A DNA stretch of 64,000 nt from a virus. Shown one piece after another: positions 52,779 through 61,476 of this stretch; the first letter of the stretch is position 1; every line of letters starts with the position of its first letter. The notes beneath the pieces are model-generated. The model had not been told where the DNA came from. It ran no database searches and was given only the letters and a program-made list of their open reading frames with translations. Where the stretch lies: the IMG/VR virus record IMGVR_UViG_3300049436_000052, positions 1 through 64,000 of that record; one strand, 5' to 3'. The position numbers were made by a program, and so were the translations under genes.

Positions 52779-53084
52779 ATGAAATCAAAAGATACTAAAC
52801 AAAGGCTTTTTGAAATTATGCAGAAAGTTGACAATAGTTATAAGTTAACAAACGTTCTTAATGAAACAAAAGCATTTGGGCAATTACGAAAATCAAATAA
52901 AGAATTATATGATGAAACAATAAAATTAGAAGATAGGATTGGTGGGGATGTATTGAAATTAATTGATGATGCAATAAAAAAAGAAAATTTTAAATATAAG
53001 TCTGATGAAGAAAGAGAATTGGTTTATCTTATAATTTTAGATTTAGTACTTGATCGATATTTAGATAGAAAAACAAAAAAATAA
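52779..53084 (+). CDS. Small late protein, putative head internal protein
   Basis: MKSKDTKQRLFEIMQKVD...VLNE leader; late motif at 52756-52763. Confidence 0.55.
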   Translation: MKSKDTKQRLFEIMQKVDNSYKLTNVLNETKAFGQLRKSNKELYDETIKLEDRIGGDVLKLIDDAIKKENFKYKSDEERELVYLIILDLVLDRYLDRKTKK

Positions 53085-53095
53085 AAAATATTATA

Positions 53096-53650
53096 ATGAA
53101 AAAGAAAAAAGAGATTGTTGATTTAGAAACTGAAAGATATGGTTATTTCATGTCTCAAAATTCTATTGATCTTGATATAATGTATGGAAGGAATTTTTTG
53201 AAAACAGATAATGTGCAATATGTTATTTTGCATAAAATTGATCTGATATCAACTTCCACTCACCGTCTTTATGGCCAATCTAAGGCCAAAGATAAGAAAT
53301 TCTTTGCACCTGTTAAATTAAGTGGATTTATAAAAATTGAAGAATCTAAACAAAATTATTATGGAGATAATAAGGGTATTGTAAGGGATGATACTGGTAA
53401 TTTGGTTGTTAGTATCTATCTTGACGAATTGAAAGAAAAAAATGTTGAAATTGATAGGGGTGATATTCTTGAATATAATTTAAGTGGGGAAAAAGCAAGA
53501 TTTTATGAAGTTGAAAATGCAAATGCTGTTCCTGATACTTCAGATAAGACAATTGGTGGATTCTATAGATTTTATAAAACTATTGTTGCAGTTCCAGTAA
53601 AACAAGATGTTATAGATTTATTAATGGATGATACTAAAGGAGAGTTCTAA
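53096..53650 (+). CDS. Head closure/neck protein (gp14-like)
   Basis: LYGQSK..KF..PV and IDRGDIL...FYEV motifs; position next to the gp13-like gene. Confidence 0.6.
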   Translation: MKKKKEIVDLETERYGYFMSQNSIDLDIMYGRNFLKTDNVQYVILHKIDLISTSTHRLYGQSKAKDKKFFAPVKLSGFIKIEESKQNYYGDNKGIVRDDTGNLVVSIYLDELKEKNVEIDRGDILEYNLSGEKARFYEVENANAVPDTSDKTIGGFYRFYKTIVAVPVKQDVIDLLMDDTKGEF

Positions 53651-55444
53651 ATTCATTATCAATTGTTTTTTCTAAATCAGTTGGTATAAATTTTGTTACT
53701 AACTCATCATATAGTTTATCAAACAAATTTGAATCTAATTTATTTATAAAAAAATCATTCCAAATTGGATTAGATAAAAATAACATATAACTTTCAAACT
53801 TTACTGATTTCATTATTATCTAATTGTATGAATTATTAAATCTTCTAACTCAACATTAATTTCAAAATATGGATCATATCTCATTTCAAGATAGATATCT
53901 CTAAAAATTCTAAGAATATCAATATCTTTTAAATTTAATTCTTTAAACACATTATTACAATTAATATTTAAATCAAAAATTGTAAAATTATTTTTTTTCA
54001 TAACAATAAATTTAATAAATCTTGCATTTCCAAAGCAATATTCTTATTATGGTATCATTACATATCAAATGTTAAATTTAACAGTCTAAGAATATCAATA
54101 TCTATATCATCTTTTAGCAAATCATATAATCCACCAAACAGTTTTGTATCTAAAAACATAGAAATATCGCCTTTTGTATGCTCTTTAAAAGGATCTGTAT
54201 AGTAAATCTGTTGTGCTACTATTAATTTAATATTATTATCATCCAACCAACTCATCATTAATTTCAAAATATAGATCATATCTCAATTCAAAATACAGAT
54301 CCATAAAATCTCTAGTAATATCAAAATCTTTTAAATTTAGTTCTTTGAATACATTATTAATATTAACATTTAAATCAAAAATGATATTTGGAATCAACAT
54401 TCCATTTGATAATATTACATGTCTTTCATTAATCACTATAATTTATATTTTATCTAATTTAATCATCAAATAAAACGCTTAAACTGAATAAATCACTATA
54501 TAAATCCATTATTAATTCACTTCTATTATAAATTGTATGTATAAAACTATTCTTAGTATAAAAATATATAGGTTTAAACGAAATGGGATTATATAGTATT
54601 ATAAATGCTTTCTCTTGATCAATAAATTCCAAATCTTCAATATAATTTGGTATTGATACTGTATTTGAAATTTCAATATGTTTATTATAATTAGGTTTAT
54701 GCATATTTTTTTATTTTTTACTTTTGTCGTTTAATTTCAGAGTGGACTATATTATTTAAAACATTTAAATCAACTAGTGGTTCATGTTTAAGTAATTCAT
54801 TCATTTTCCAAAAAAACATATAATCTACTTTATTTTTTGGAAATAAGCCATAATTATGTCTAACTGCAAAATCTAACTTTTCAAGATCATTTATAAGTTT
54901 TGAATTATTCATAAATAATTTTACCAATTTCTAAACCTAATTCAAGCAACAATATATCATACAATAATTCTAAGCTCCAACTACTCCAACTAATAAATCT
55001 ACTTTTTAGCAATTCATCTTTAAATCCAGAAAAAACGGCAGTATCTAAATCTCTAATTTTCATAAATAGTTTTACCAATTTCTACACCTAATTCAAGCAA
55101 TGTATCATTTATCAATTCATAATAAACAAAATTAAAACAATTACTATCATTAACATTCCAACTAATTGTATATGTTTCTAATAATCTATCTTTAATTCCA
55201 GAAAGAATTCTTTTGTTTAAATCCATGTTATCCATTAAGAAATGTATTTAATTTAGAATTTAATATAAAATGAAAAAACACTATCTAACTCATGCAACAA
55301 TAAAACTTCAGATATTACAAATTCTTCTTGAAATAAAAGTTGTGATTCTTTATTAAACGCATCAAAAGATACTAAATTAGATAATAGTAATTCATCTTGA
55401 ATTCCAGAAAGAATGGCAATATTTAAATCTATTTTAATCATCAA
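53634..55444 (-). CDS. Second tandem cluster of 9 microprotein genes (53634-53813, 53816-54001, 54058-54279, 54239-54436, 54459-54704, 54718-54927, 54905-55063, 55053-55235, 55253-55444)
   Basis: 52-81 aa ORFs with clear paralog sets; 53634-53813 and 54905-55063 were read manually. Confidence 0.6.
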
Positions 55445-56106
55445 AATGGCATATCAACATCATAATCATTGACTTTTGGATTGTATGGTAATTTGACATT
55501 ATCTACAATAAAATCTTCCTTAATTGGATCGTTATCCCACATAGATTTATGTTCAATATGAACAATATTATTTTCATTGAGATATTCCAAATATAATGTT
55601 AATTTATATTGATGAATAATATTTTCCATATATCCATCTAATTTCTCATTTATTGTTATATTTAGCCAATCTATTGGTTGTTCTTCTTTCCATTCTTTAG
55701 GAATAATATCTTTAGGATTTGATGAAGCAAACATTTTTAGTTCTGCCTCATAGTCGTTAATTAATCTATCTAAATCTTTTATCTCATCCTCAACCTCAAA
55801 CTTTGAAGAATAAAGTTTATTATTAAGATAAATATCTGCTTTAAAATCTGTTCCGTCTGCCATATTATTATTGTTTTAATATTAATTAAATTTTTGAATT
55901 ACAATTCCGATTCCTAAAATTAGCGAAATAATTGTTAAAATGATTGCTGAAATTAAGATTGATTTAAAAAATCCTATTAAAGTAATTATTATCTTTTCAT
56001 TTAGATTAGAAACATTATTTGTTCCTACTTGACGTTTACCAATTTCATATGAAACTTTTAATATAATTGGTATTGTTAATAAAATTATTAGCGTTTGATA
56101 TGACAT
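55441..56106 (-). CDS. Hypothetical proteins (55441-55863; 55882-56106 is a 2-TM membrane protein)
   Basis: ORF track and hydrophobicity. Confidence 0.5.
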
Positions 56107-56113
56107 AATGTTG

Positions 56114-56812
56114 TTATTTTAAATTATCTGATTTATCTATTAACCCATCTAAAAATTTTGAGAATTGTTTTGCGTTTGGAAATTTTGAATGAGATTCCAA
56201 CATTTCATGGTATTTCAAATATTCAATCATTATTTTTTTCATTTTATTCATAACATATTCAGAATTTGTTTTTAAGAAATTTATTAATTTTCTTTTAAAT
56301 GCATTAATATCATTTGTAATTATCTTTTTAATACCAGTATGTTTGGCATATTCCATCAATAATTTTAATTCTTCATTGTTTAATGAATTAACATATGATT
56401 CTGAATATTTGTTGATGTTTAGATAATTTTTATAATATGTAAAATCTTTGTATTTTCCGTTTTGAATGTCTTCTTTGGTGAATTTTAATTTATCCATTTC
56501 ATAATATAATTGTGCTACATTTGCTTTTTCTTCAACATTCATTAAATGATAGATAGAATATGAAAGAAACAATAATTTATTATTGTTTTTAAATTTATCT
56601 CGTACATTATTCAATTCATCAGTATCGAAAGAATAGTAGTTTGGATTTCTATCATTAAATCCTTTATTTGTTTTTAATTTAAGTTCATAATCTTCATAAG
56701 CATGATGCAATTCATGTGCAATTAACTCCTTAATATCGTTTACATCTGTTTTTGAAACAACAATCTTTATTGTAACTTTATTAAAAATTTTTCTTCGATT
56801 GTTTTCATAATT
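56114..56812 (-). CDS. HExxH zincin-like protein with a disrupted 5' end
   Basis: The frame is open upstream of the tracked TTG and gives ELIAHELHHAYEDY; no clean in-frame ATG. Confidence 0.5.
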   Translation of the reverse strand, partial: NYENNRRKIFNKVTIKIVVSKTDVNDIKELIAHELHHAYEDYELKLKTNKGFNDRNPNYYSFDTDELNNVRDKFKNNNKLLFLSYSIYHLMNVEEKANVAQLYYEMDKLKFTKEDIQNGKYKDFTYYKNYLNINKYSESYVNSLNNEELKLLMEYAKHTGIKKIITNDINAFKRKLINFLKTNSEYVMNKMKKIMIEYLKYHEMLESHSKFPNAKQFSKFLDGLIDKSDNLK

Positions 56813-56822
56813 CTACATCTTT

Positions 56823-57038
56823 TTATAAAATTTCAAATTTATTTAAAAATTCTTCCTTTTCTCGAACAAAAATTCCTTTCGTTTTACCATCTTTTTTTAA
56901 ACCTTTATAAACCACCATTACCATTCCATCATCTTTGTTTGTAGTATTTATTACATCCATCAAAACTATTTGATAAATTCTACCAGATTTCTTATGTATA
57001 TATTCTTCAATTGTTTTCATCTTTTTCAAAATTTTCAA
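56823..57038 (-). CDS. DUF1653-like small protein
   Basis: YIHKKSGRIY...MVVYK...IFVREKEEFLNKF. Confidence 0.65.
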   Translation of the reverse strand: MKILKKMKTIEEYIHKKSGRIYQIVLMDVINTTNKDDGMVMVVYKGLKKDGKTKGIFVREKEEFLNKFEIL

Positions 57039-57342
57039 TAATCTTATTGTATTCGGTTAATTCACTATTATTTAGTAGAAATTCTCTACGAGTTTCATAT
57101 TCTTTGTTTTTATAAATTTTTTTACTGAAGAATAAACCTTGTGATTCAGCATTTTCAAACTCATTATAGAAACTATTGCTTATATTCAAATAAGAATAGG
57201 TATGACCTCTTTTAAATGACAAATATAACATTTCCAATTTGGGAAAATAAAGACTTTTAAGAATATTATCGGATTTAAATATTGATTCGATGTAACCAAT
57301 ATCACCATTTTCTTCTAAATGTTCATTTCTTTTAATTAACAT
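57007..57342 (-). CDS. KTSC-domain protein
   Basis: SDNI...LYLSFKRGHTYSYLNI...F.NAESQGLFF. Confidence 0.75.
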   Translation of the reverse strand: MLIKRNEHLEENGDIGYIESIFKSDNILKSLYFPKLEMLYLSFKRGHTYSYLNISNSFYNEFENAESQGLFFSKKIYKNKEYETRREFLLNNSELTEYNKIIENFEKDENN

Positions 57343-57359
57343 AGTATATTTTTTTTAAA

Positions 57360-57641
57360 TTAATCTTTAGAATATCTAATATCAAGAAGTTTATCATATT
57401 CCAAATCAAAATCATTGACAAACATTTCTTTAGTGTAATTATTATTGTTTTTTAAATTTTCAATTAATTCAAAAATCATTTTAACTGTTTGATTATTTAA
57501 AATCGCTTCTTTAATATAAATTTCACCATATTTACATTTGGGATTTTTTATTAACGCAGAAAAACAATTAATGTGTGAACAACAACCATCTTCACCACAA
57601 GCTTCACATAATTCACAATATGGACTATATTCTTCTTCCAT
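57360..57641 (-). CDS. Cys-rich hypothetical protein
   Basis: YCELCEACGEDGCC; host-type promoter TATATTTG at 57663-57670. Confidence 0.55.
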   Translation of the reverse strand: MEEEYSPYCELCEACGEDGCCSHINCFSALIKNPKCKYGEIYIKEAILNNQTVKMIFELIENLKNNNNYTKEMFVNDFDLEYDKLLDIRYSKD

Positions 57642-57724
57642 TTTTATTTAAGTTAAATTTTGCAAATATAATGAAAAAATTTTGAATAAAAAAATCAAGT
57701 ATTTATTATAAAAATATTAAATAA

Positions 57725-58492
57725 ATGTCTGTTCCTAGAAAAAATAGTAAACTAACTCTTGATGTTAATCCTCCAAAAATTGGAAATGAATATCTTAAAT
57801 ATGGTTTTGATAGAATTGAAAAGTTAATGGCAGATACTGATATTAAAACTAAATATCTACCACGAACAATACTTTTAGAAGATTTGGATTATGGGGTTTT
57901 TGAATATACTAATAATGATATTAAAATAGTTATTGACGGTAAAATAGTTCCTGTAATCTACCTCGAAAATGAAAGATGGGCAGAATTCAAAAAGACATGG
58001 AAATTAAGTACAGATAGTGATAAAAACCTATTAACACCTTATATTACAGTTAGAAGAACAGATAAAGGTGTTGGGACTAGATTAGGAACAAAATATCGTA
58101 TTCCGCAACCACGTATGTTCAGATATGCACAAGTACCAATTCTTGATGAAGGACAAATAGTCTATCTATTATTTAAAATGCCACAACCAACAAACGTTGA
58201 TTTTACATATGAAGTTGCATTATTTACAAAATATAGAGTTGATATTAATCAATATGATGAACAAATTTTAAAGAAATTTGCTTCAAGACAAGATTATGTA
58301 TTTATCAAAGGAAATCCAATGCCATTATTATTTGAAGGAATGTCAGAAGCAAATCCAATTGAAAATATTGATGGTGATAGATTTTTTGTTTCGAAATATA
58401 CTTTAAAAATATTAGGTTTTATTCAAGATGAAAAAGAATTTCAAATTGTTAAGACATCAAGAAAACCAATGTTAACTTATAGTGTAGTATAA
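57725..58492 (+). CDS. Tail completion/terminator protein (gp15-like)
   Basis: VPVIY...ERW, P.ITVRR and P.PTNVDFTYEV motifs; late motif at 57699-57706. Confidence 0.65.
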   Translation: MSVPRKNSKLTLDVNPPKIGNEYLKYGFDRIEKLMADTDIKTKYLPRTILLEDLDYGVFEYTNNDIKIVIDGKIVPVIYLENERWAEFKKTWKLSTDSDKNLLTPYITVRRTDKGVGTRLGTKYRIPQPRMFRYAQVPILDEGQIVYLLFKMPQPTNVDFTYEVALFTKYRVDINQYDEQILKKFASRQDYVFIKGNPMPLLFEGMSEANPIENIDGDRFFVSKYTLKILGFIQDEKEFQIVKTSRKPMLTYSVV

Positions 58493-59265
58493 CTAACACC
58501 ACTATAAACAAAAGTGTTGCCAACTGGATAACTTTGTTTGATATTTTCAAATTTATCAAATGTATCATTAACTTTATTAGTATATGTTGTATTGATATAT
58601 TCTCTTAAATTAATGTTATGGGAAACGTTGTCTAATCTCCATTTTTTATTTACTAAATCTAACTCTGTTTTAATGTACATTTTTTCTGCTGTTGTTTTAT
58701 TACTATTTTGATTATAGAATAATTTAACACCATTCGATGTTTTTAATGCTGAAAAAAATGAAAATTTAGTATATCCACTAACAATATTAGTTGTCTGAGT
58801 TTCTATAAAAGATAATGGTACTTGCATACCATAAAATTGACCAGTTGTTGCACTACCAATAAAATAACTCGGAATTGTTCCTAATTTTGATAAATATGTG
58901 GTAAATATTCTTGATTGGGTATTAATATCATATGTATCATAAAAATCTAATATAAAAAAACTATTTATAAAATTTAAACTATTTTTTGTAATTTCATCAC
59001 TGGTAAATCCTGCGTTTGTAAAATTTAAACCATATGAACCATTTTTATAAAAATAGAAATTAAGTTTATCTGTAGTATATGCTGAATTGTATTTAAATTT
59101 TCGAGTTTCTTCATCAACAACAGGATTAAGTGAATTATTAGTTACTACTTGGGTTAAGCTATCAATTTCCTGTTGATAATCAAAAAAATTATTCTTAATA
59201 TCTAAACTAAACTTAATTTGATTATCAGAATTATTATATAATATAGTTTTTTTTATTATTGACAT
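58477..59265 (-). CDS. Putative virion structural protein
   Basis: Co-transcribed with 59256..60419; SFFILDFYDT motif. Confidence 0.5.
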   Translation of the reverse strand: MSIIKKTILYNNSDNQIKFSLDIKNNFFDYQQEIDSLTQVVTNNSLNPVVDEETRKFKYNSAYTTDKLNFYFYKNGSYGLNFTNAGFTSDEITKNSLNFINSFFILDFYDTYDINTQSRIFTTYLSKLGTIPSYFIGSATTGQFYGMQVPLSFIETQTTNIVSGYTKFSFFSALKTSNGVKLFYNQNSNKTTAEKMYIKTELDLVNKKWRLDNVSHNINLREYINTTYTNKVNDTFDKFENIKQSYPVGNTFVYSGVSYTTL

Positions 59266-60419
59266 GGTTTTCCAATGTTATCTAATTCGTTATCTAATGG
59301 AGTGATATTTAAAATATTTTCACTGATTATTGTATTTTTAAATGCATTATATGTATATGTATCAGTTAAATCTGGCACAATGTCAATCATCGAACTGCTA
59401 AATAAATATCTTTTTTTATTAACAAACGGATAATCAACACCTTCATTTGTTAATGGATCTGTATATCCTTGTGGTAATATTGTTCTCCATACATAATTTC
59501 CATTACTATCTAATAACGTTGCATAATCAGGTATTGATTCAACTAATTCAATTGAACTATCCCCACTATTTGCATTATATATATCATTGCTAAAATACCT
59601 TAAAGTTAGCGGAATAAATGGTTGGTATTTCCACATTATATTTCCACTAAAAACATTGTTTAAATTTCTAACTGGTGTTGTAATATAATAAGTTTGTGGA
59701 AGTTTTTGAGTTTGACTAAATGTGGTTCTCGAATATTCAATCAAATCTCCATATACTCTATCTCCAATATTTAAAGTAGTTGTACTTAATAATGTTTTTG
59801 TTCCACTACCACCAACAGTACCCCAATTCAAATAATAAACATTTTCACTATCATTAAATGCATTCTTCTTTGGAAGATATTTAACATATAAATATAATTC
59901 ATTTACTGGAAACCCAAAATTATCATAATAGTTAGAAACATCAAAATCAATATTAAAATTATAAATATGTGTTTGATCACCATAAACGTTTTTTCCAAAA
60001 CCCGCTTTAAAAATTTCAATATCGTTTGTTGCCCCAATAACTTCAAAATGTCTGACATACTCAATATTATTGTTAAGTATTTTTGTATATCCTGTCGATG
60101 GTTTTAATAAATAAAATTCAAACGAATTTACCAATGTTTTGGCATTTGTTAACTGTGGTGTGAAATAATCCTTTAAATATTTATAATCTAACTTTAAACC
60201 ATTTAATAATGACAAATAATCAAACTTTCCATAAATCCTATAAATTTGATTATCTTCTCTTTCTGCATCAAAAATTTCCGTTACACTTAATACGTTTCTT
60301 ATATCAAACTCAGTAATTTCTGAAATGTTATTGTTTAGTTCAATTTTATTAAAAGTATCTACATTTACCGAATTAACGTTTCTAAAACTATTTAATAAAA
60401 TTTGTTGTGTAGTATCCAT
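59256..60419 (-). CDS. Putative virion structural (baseplate-region) protein
   Basis: Late motif at 60438-60445; WR.ILPQGY.D...GVDYPFVN motif. Confidence 0.5.
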   Translation of the reverse strand: MDTTQQILLNSFRNVNSVNVDTFNKIELNNNISEITEFDIRNVLSVTEIFDAEREDNQIYRIYGKFDYLSLLNGLKLDYKYLKDYFTPQLTNAKTLVNSFEFYLLKPSTGYTKILNNNIEYVRHFEVIGATNDIEIFKAGFGKNVYGDQTHIYNFNIDFDVSNYYDNFGFPVNELYLYVKYLPKKNAFNDSENVYYLNWGTVGGSGTKTLLSTTTLNIGDRVYGDLIEYSRTTFSQTQKLPQTYYITTPVRNLNNVFSGNIMWKYQPFIPLTLRYFSNDIYNANSGDSSIELVESIPDYATLLDSNGNYVWRTILPQGYTDPLTNEGVDYPFVNKKRYLFSSSMIDIVPDLTDTYTYNAFKNTIISENILNITPLDNELDNIGKPCQ

Positions 60420-60541
60420 TAAAAGAATAATTTTATTATAAATACGTTAAATGTGAATTTGAATAAATATTTGGTTTTTACTACTTTTATAAAATACGAA
60501 AATATAACTATTTTTGTTGACGAAATGTTTGATGATTAAAT

Positions 60542-60763
60542 CTATTTAGAATCATTAATTAATCGATTTAATAAATATTCAAATTCAAACAAATCATCAG
60601 TAATATTTATAAAATTTTCAACATATACTCTACTAATAATAAATGGATCTTTTGCTATTAACTTAAAATTATAATAATCTTTATATGCAATTATTGCATC
60701 AACACCATATAAATTAAAATTTATTCTGAGTTTTTTATCTAAATTTCGTTCAAGTTTTTTCAT
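60542..60763 (-). CDS. Microprotein
   Basis: 73 aa, similar in composition to the island microproteins. Confidence 0.4.
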   Translation of the reverse strand: MKKLERNLDKKLRINFNLYGVDAIIAYKDYYNFKLIAKDPFIISRVYVENFINITDDLFEFEYLLNRLINDSK

Positions 60764-60875
60764 TTTATCATATAAAATTTTAAAAGAAACAATACATTAA
60801 CATAATTTAACATTTATAATTTATTATAAATCAGTAATATGGCCTTTTTATTAAAAATTTATAATAAATACTTGA

Positions 60876-60926
60876 AACAAATTTAATTTCTTTTCGTATA
60901 ATATAGTGAGATTAAAAACTATTTAT
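60876..60926 (+). promoter_or_regulatory. Bipartite promoter AACA-N15-CGTATAATATA followed by late motif CTATTTAT
   Basis: Motifs at 60876-60905 and 60919-60926. Confidence 0.65.
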
Positions 60927-60948
60927 GTTAAATTAAAATTTAAACAAA

Positions 60949-61425
60949 ATGAAAAAAATTAATTATCTTATAGGCTTGCTTTTATTAGCAATTGCTTTAA
61001 CAAGTTTTACTTGTGGAAAAGAAACTGTTGAACCTGAAAAACCATCAACTGCAATAATTACGTTGAATGAATTATATGGGTATTGGGATTTTGTATCTTA
61101 TGAATTGAATAATAAGACATATATTAAAGGTGAATGTAATAATATTGACATAAAAAATTATGAGTATATTATGCTGTCATTTGAATTTATAAAAGATACT
61201 TACAATAGTAAAATAACAGATTTATGTATTAATCCTAATAATCCAAATTCTCGTGGTTTTGTATTAAATGATAATATACTTAATTTTAACGAAAAAGTTA
61301 AATTTGAAGTTATTAGCTACGAACCCAATGAAAATATATTAACTTTAAAATTTTTATTCTACGATGAATCAATACCAGGAGATATACCAATTGGTGGAAT
61401 ATATAAATTACAAAAACAAGTATAG
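60949..61425 (+). CDS. Lipoprotein with a lipocalin-like domain
   Basis: Signal peptide MKKINYLIGLLLLAIALTSFTC; L.G.W motif (LYGYWDFVSY). Confidence 0.65.
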   Translation: MKKINYLIGLLLLAIALTSFTCGKETVEPEKPSTAIITLNELYGYWDFVSYELNNKTYIKGECNNIDIKNYEYIMLSFEFIKDTYNSKITDLCINPNNPNSRGFVLNDNILNFNEKVKFEVISYEPNENILTLKFLFYDESIPGDIPIGGIYKLQKQV

Positions 61426-61448
61426 ATTATAATTTCACATATAACTAT

Positions 61449-61476
61449 AAACCCATCAAATTAGATGGGTTTTTTT
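61449..61476. terminator. Terminator between convergent genes
   Basis: aaacccatc-aaatta-gatgggttttttt. Confidence 0.75.

Noticed and set aside
55060-55070. Late motif CTATTTAT inside microprotein island 2
   Set aside because: Falls in coding sequence overlapping an ATG; likely chance in AT-rich DNA
53850-55100. Diversity-generating retroelement TR/VR pairs
   Set aside because: Differences between the longer duplicated segments are not adenine-restricted, and no reverse transcriptase is in the window
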